Positions 60,496 through 64,000 of a stretch of DNA of 64,000 nt are shown here, piece by piece (within the stretch, counting starts at the first letter, position 1; the number at the start of each line of letters is the position of its first letter). The position numbers and the translations under genes were made by a program. Source of the stretch: Balanoglossus misakiensis (taxonomy: Eukaryota > Animalia > Hemichordata); NCBI GenBank assembly GCA_040954595.2, contig CM082576.2:18337028-18401027 (forward strand), in the 5' to 3' direction. Under the pieces are notes generated by a model. It ran no database searches and had not been told where the DNA came from. It worked only from the letters and a program-made list of their open reading frames with translations.

Positions 60496-62795
60496 ATGGT
60501 ATTCAAGTGTGAATCGGCAGAATGTGGATCGGATTCCAGGAAATTGAAACACTTAAACAGACATCCATGGATGTCGACAGTTCGTTGGGTCAAATGGCCC
60601 CGTAATCGCTATGCAAAAGCTCGATGGAAGAGACTGGTGCGGAGGGAAGGGAAAGACTGCTGCAACAAGATACAGGACGTGTTAAAAATCAACAAGCGAT
60701 CGCGACTGTGCTCCAGACATTTCGACAATTTTCAACTTGATGAAAGAGGGTTTGCGCAAGGCGATCCCAAATATTTTGAGTGGAACAACTGGGGGAAAGT
60801 GAAGAATACACGCTCGTCATCGACCCTGATAAAACTCGACAAGGCGAGGTCATCTGATCATGGAGCAGCGGAGCCGCCAGAGATCGTACCAGACTCAGAG
60901 AGAGAGACATTACGAGATGGGCGTAAGTTTCAATGAAAGAATTGTTCTTTAATCTGTTGCTAACATGTATATACATGAAAGAATCAAGCTTCAATCGCAC
61001 AGAGGTATTGAAAGCTGAATCTTATATGCATATTATTAGACGAGTTTTTTTCCTCCAGTGCTTGCAAATACAATGTAGCCTGGTATCTAGACCACTGTGT
61101 GTTTTAGATTCACACACTACTATCTAAAACACACTGGGGTATGGATACCAGGCTAGAACAGAATTGGCAAATGCACATGCATTTTTTGAAATTCCCCTGC
61201 TTTGATGGGAAAGTAGGTAAAACTAGAATGGTTTTACAGTTAGCTCAGCCTTTGTCCAAGGATGGTGATAAATGTGATGAAAAATTTTTGACATTGAAAT
61301 TTTCTTTACAGGTATGGAGCCTTTGGTTCAGTGCTGGATTGGTATGCCTCAGCCCACTGATCATGATTATATACATACTACTTCTCCAAACCTTTCCGAC
61401 ATGGCCACCCAGACCGATCTGACTATGGAAGACATCCGTGAAATGGAATGTTTTGTTAAACCAATACCACCAGGAAAGCGCATTGTTGATGTCATTACAA
61501 AAACTGATGAGAGAGTCAACTTCTATACTGGAATCCAGTCAAGAAGTGTTCTTGATGGTATGTATAACTTATGCCTTCAGTGTTCTTATTTTAAAGGGAA
61601 CTATTTCTACCCACTTGATTTAGTACTTACTAGTGTTATCCCTATCTTGGAAATGCACATGATTATGGCACTTCCCCTGTATGCATGTAACAATCATAGA
61701 CAATGCAAAATGTACTGCTCAGTAATACTTCATCTGTGTAAACAAACAAACAAATCAACATATACTTTTATTGGATGAATTCAATATACAGGTATAACTA
61801 TAAGTACTGCTGTGGATATGTTGTTGAATATGTGTGTTTCTGTGTTTTTTTATACTGCTGCAGGTATTTACAACTCAGTCAAATTTGGTGTTGACTGTAT
61901 GAAGTTTTGGAGTACCTCAGACAGTGCAAAAAAAAAGAAGTATGAAAAAACTGGTGGTCGGCGTCCAGGTCAGCGGCAAGAATTGCAGCCATTCTTCCAG
62001 TTCATCATGTGTTTGATGCGTATTAGATTAAACCTGCCTCTGCTCATTTTGGCTGATTTGTTTCATGTTAGCACTTCAACTGTATCCAAAGTGACAATAA
62101 CATGGATATCTTACTTGCACCAAACCCTTGTTCCAGCACTCTTGATATGGCCATCTCAGGAACAGATTCGTGGTTGGATGCCATTAGATTTTAGAAAGGA
62201 TTTTCCACACACACGAGTGATATTGGACTGCGCTGAATTTTTTGTTGATAGACCCAGGAATAAGAAAGAACAATACAAAACTTATTCACAGTATAAGAGC
62301 CACAATACATACAAATGTTTGTTTGGGATTGCACCATTTGGAGCTTTTACCTTTGTAAGTGATTTATGGTCAGGTAATGTTTCAGATAAATATATAACTG
62401 AACATAGTGGATTGATTGAAAAAATTGATGCTGAAGATGCAGTAATGGCGGACAGGGGTTTTCAAATTGAGGATCTGCTTTTAAAGCGTGACGCTGTTTT
62501 GATTGCACCCCCTTTCACAAGAAAGTGGTATAATGGAAAAAAGAAAAGGTTAAATGTTAAAGAGATAAAAAGAACAAGAAAGATTGCTTCTTTACGCATT
62601 CACGTTGAACGTGCGATCCAGCGAGTCAAATGTTGGCGTATCCTTAAACATCACATTCCCTGTAGTCTTCAAAATGTTTCATCAATGATAGTACAACTGG
62701 TTGCAGCTTTGTGTAATTTGAAAGGGCCATTGTTTTACAGTAAGGATGACAGGCGTCTCCGAAAATACAAGTCAAAGCGGAAAATACCTTGTTAA
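60496..62795 (+). CDS. Intact 3-exon THAP plus DDE_Tnp_4 transposase, 534 aa
   Basis: Exons 60496-60922, 61312-61557 and 61864-62795 with GT-AG borders sum to 1605 nt in frame. Motifs LCSRHF, DHDY, FYTG, LDCAE, YKSHNTYK, MADRGF and RIHVERAIQRVK. Confidence 0.87.
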
Positions 62796-62826
62796 ATACA
62801 CTCCGCTTGTTTCAATGCATAATTAA

Positions 62827-63175
62827 AGGGACAAAGTATTTCTCTCGCTACCCTTTTTTCATTAATTATATTTGATACAAGACACCGTTTATGTTATTCT
62901 ACATGTGGATATATAGTCAAAAATCAACGTTTGACCACACACACCTTTCATCCAACTTGTAGACACAATAGTGAAAACTCGCCAAAATGAATAATCGGTG
63001 TTTACCATTTATTCATTTTGGCAAGATTTTTACTCTCAAATCCTATAAACGGGATGGAAGTTGTGTGTGGTTGAACATTGATTCACTATATATCCACATG
63101 TAGAATAACATGAACAGTGTCTTGCATCAAACATAATTAATGGAAAAAGGGCAGCGTGAGAGAGACTTTGTACCT
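62827..63175. mobile_element. Kolobok-type MITE (349 bp)
   Basis: TTAA TSD at 62823-62826 and 63176-63179; TIR AGG(G/T)ACAAAGT extending into ~90-bp imperfect arms. Confidence 0.87.
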
Positions 63176-64000
63176 TTAATACTGCCCGTAATAGATGGAA
63201 TATCTGACATGTGTGTTCCAATTTTCATGTTTAATACGGAGTACCACATCCATTCATGTGTCCCTTAATATGAAATGCATGTATAAATTGACTACACTTG
63301 CATCATAGTTCATAACAGTGAGTGTATCAGGAAGGGTTGTGTCCACAAACTTTTTTCCTTTCTGTAATATATGAAAATGTTAACTAGGACCACAAAATAG
63401 TTTACCACCATTGTCAAAGTCAGTTTTTTTAAAGGTTTCAATTTTAATCTTCAGTTAATATGAATTTCAACCATTCTAATGAACTGAATGAACTGAAGTG
63501 TCGATTAGGAATATGTACTTAGTGCATCTGTTTTAACAAATGAATCAACCTGACGTGTAAATATTTATATTCTATTAATTTTATTGGAATTCATATAAAT
63601 AAATAATATTTGAAAGAAGTTTTGATTTTGTTTTATGATCTGTATGATGATAATCATAGGATGATGGGTACACAATACATGTACACACCACATTAACTGA
63701 TACACACAACAATAATTTCCATGAATTTCCTTTGCCAAGAATTTTATTTACAGTGGTAGGTTCATTCTAAAATAAGACTACAAGAATGGTGAATGGAAAG
63801 AATCATCTATACAGTGTATTAGCCCTGCCATACCAGACTGTAATGTATTGGTCATGAACATAGTATATTAAAAGTTGTGGATAATCTATTGCAATGCCCC
63901 TGTTTAAAGCTTCATCAGCTGTAATTTTTCAGTATTGTTATTGTGCAAAATTTAAATTCAAGTCCGGACTAGAATTCATTTGTCAACAACAAATGTTACA

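Larger units (their letters stand above)
60359..64000 (+). mobile_element. Third ISL2EU/Harbinger-type THAP element; right end not identified
   Basis: Begins AT|AGGTTTTCAC just upstream of an intact transposase gene; boundaries inferred. Confidence 0.55.

Overview
This is an AT-rich animal (probably marine invertebrate) heterochromatin-like window with no recognisable host gene; it is almost entirely nested transposons and tandem repeats. In order: (1) a head-to-tail array of ~1.3-1.5 kb hairpin-ended units (Helentron/HINE-like) abutting the integrase tail of (2) a Ty3/gypsy element with a chromodomain, an intact spliced-type 1055-codon env (class I fusion protein with an unusual extra C-terminal module) and a 3' LTR; (3) a ~530-bp satellite interrupted by a MITE and by a 10.8-kb TIR element, which contains an ISL2EU transposon (THAP-DDE transposase plus SAP/SWIM/YqaJ nuclease) that is itself hit by a hairpin MITE; (4) a DIRS/Ngaro RT remnant cut by an EnSpm element whose second gene starts with a CIDE-N-like domain; (5) a young BEL/Pao LTR element; (6) a decayed Crypton tyrosine-recombinase element hosting a 9.2-kb Zator-like transposon with a divergent SAM-domain gene; (7) an internally deleted Zator-like element, an Academ-like fragment, two more THAP/ISL2EU-type elements (one with an intact 3-exon transposase) and Kolobok-type MITEs. 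The most notable items are the chromodomain-plus-env retroelement and the transposon accessory genes carrying polymerising interaction domains (CIDE-N, SAM). All family and domain calls come from reading motifs by eye; no database search was run.
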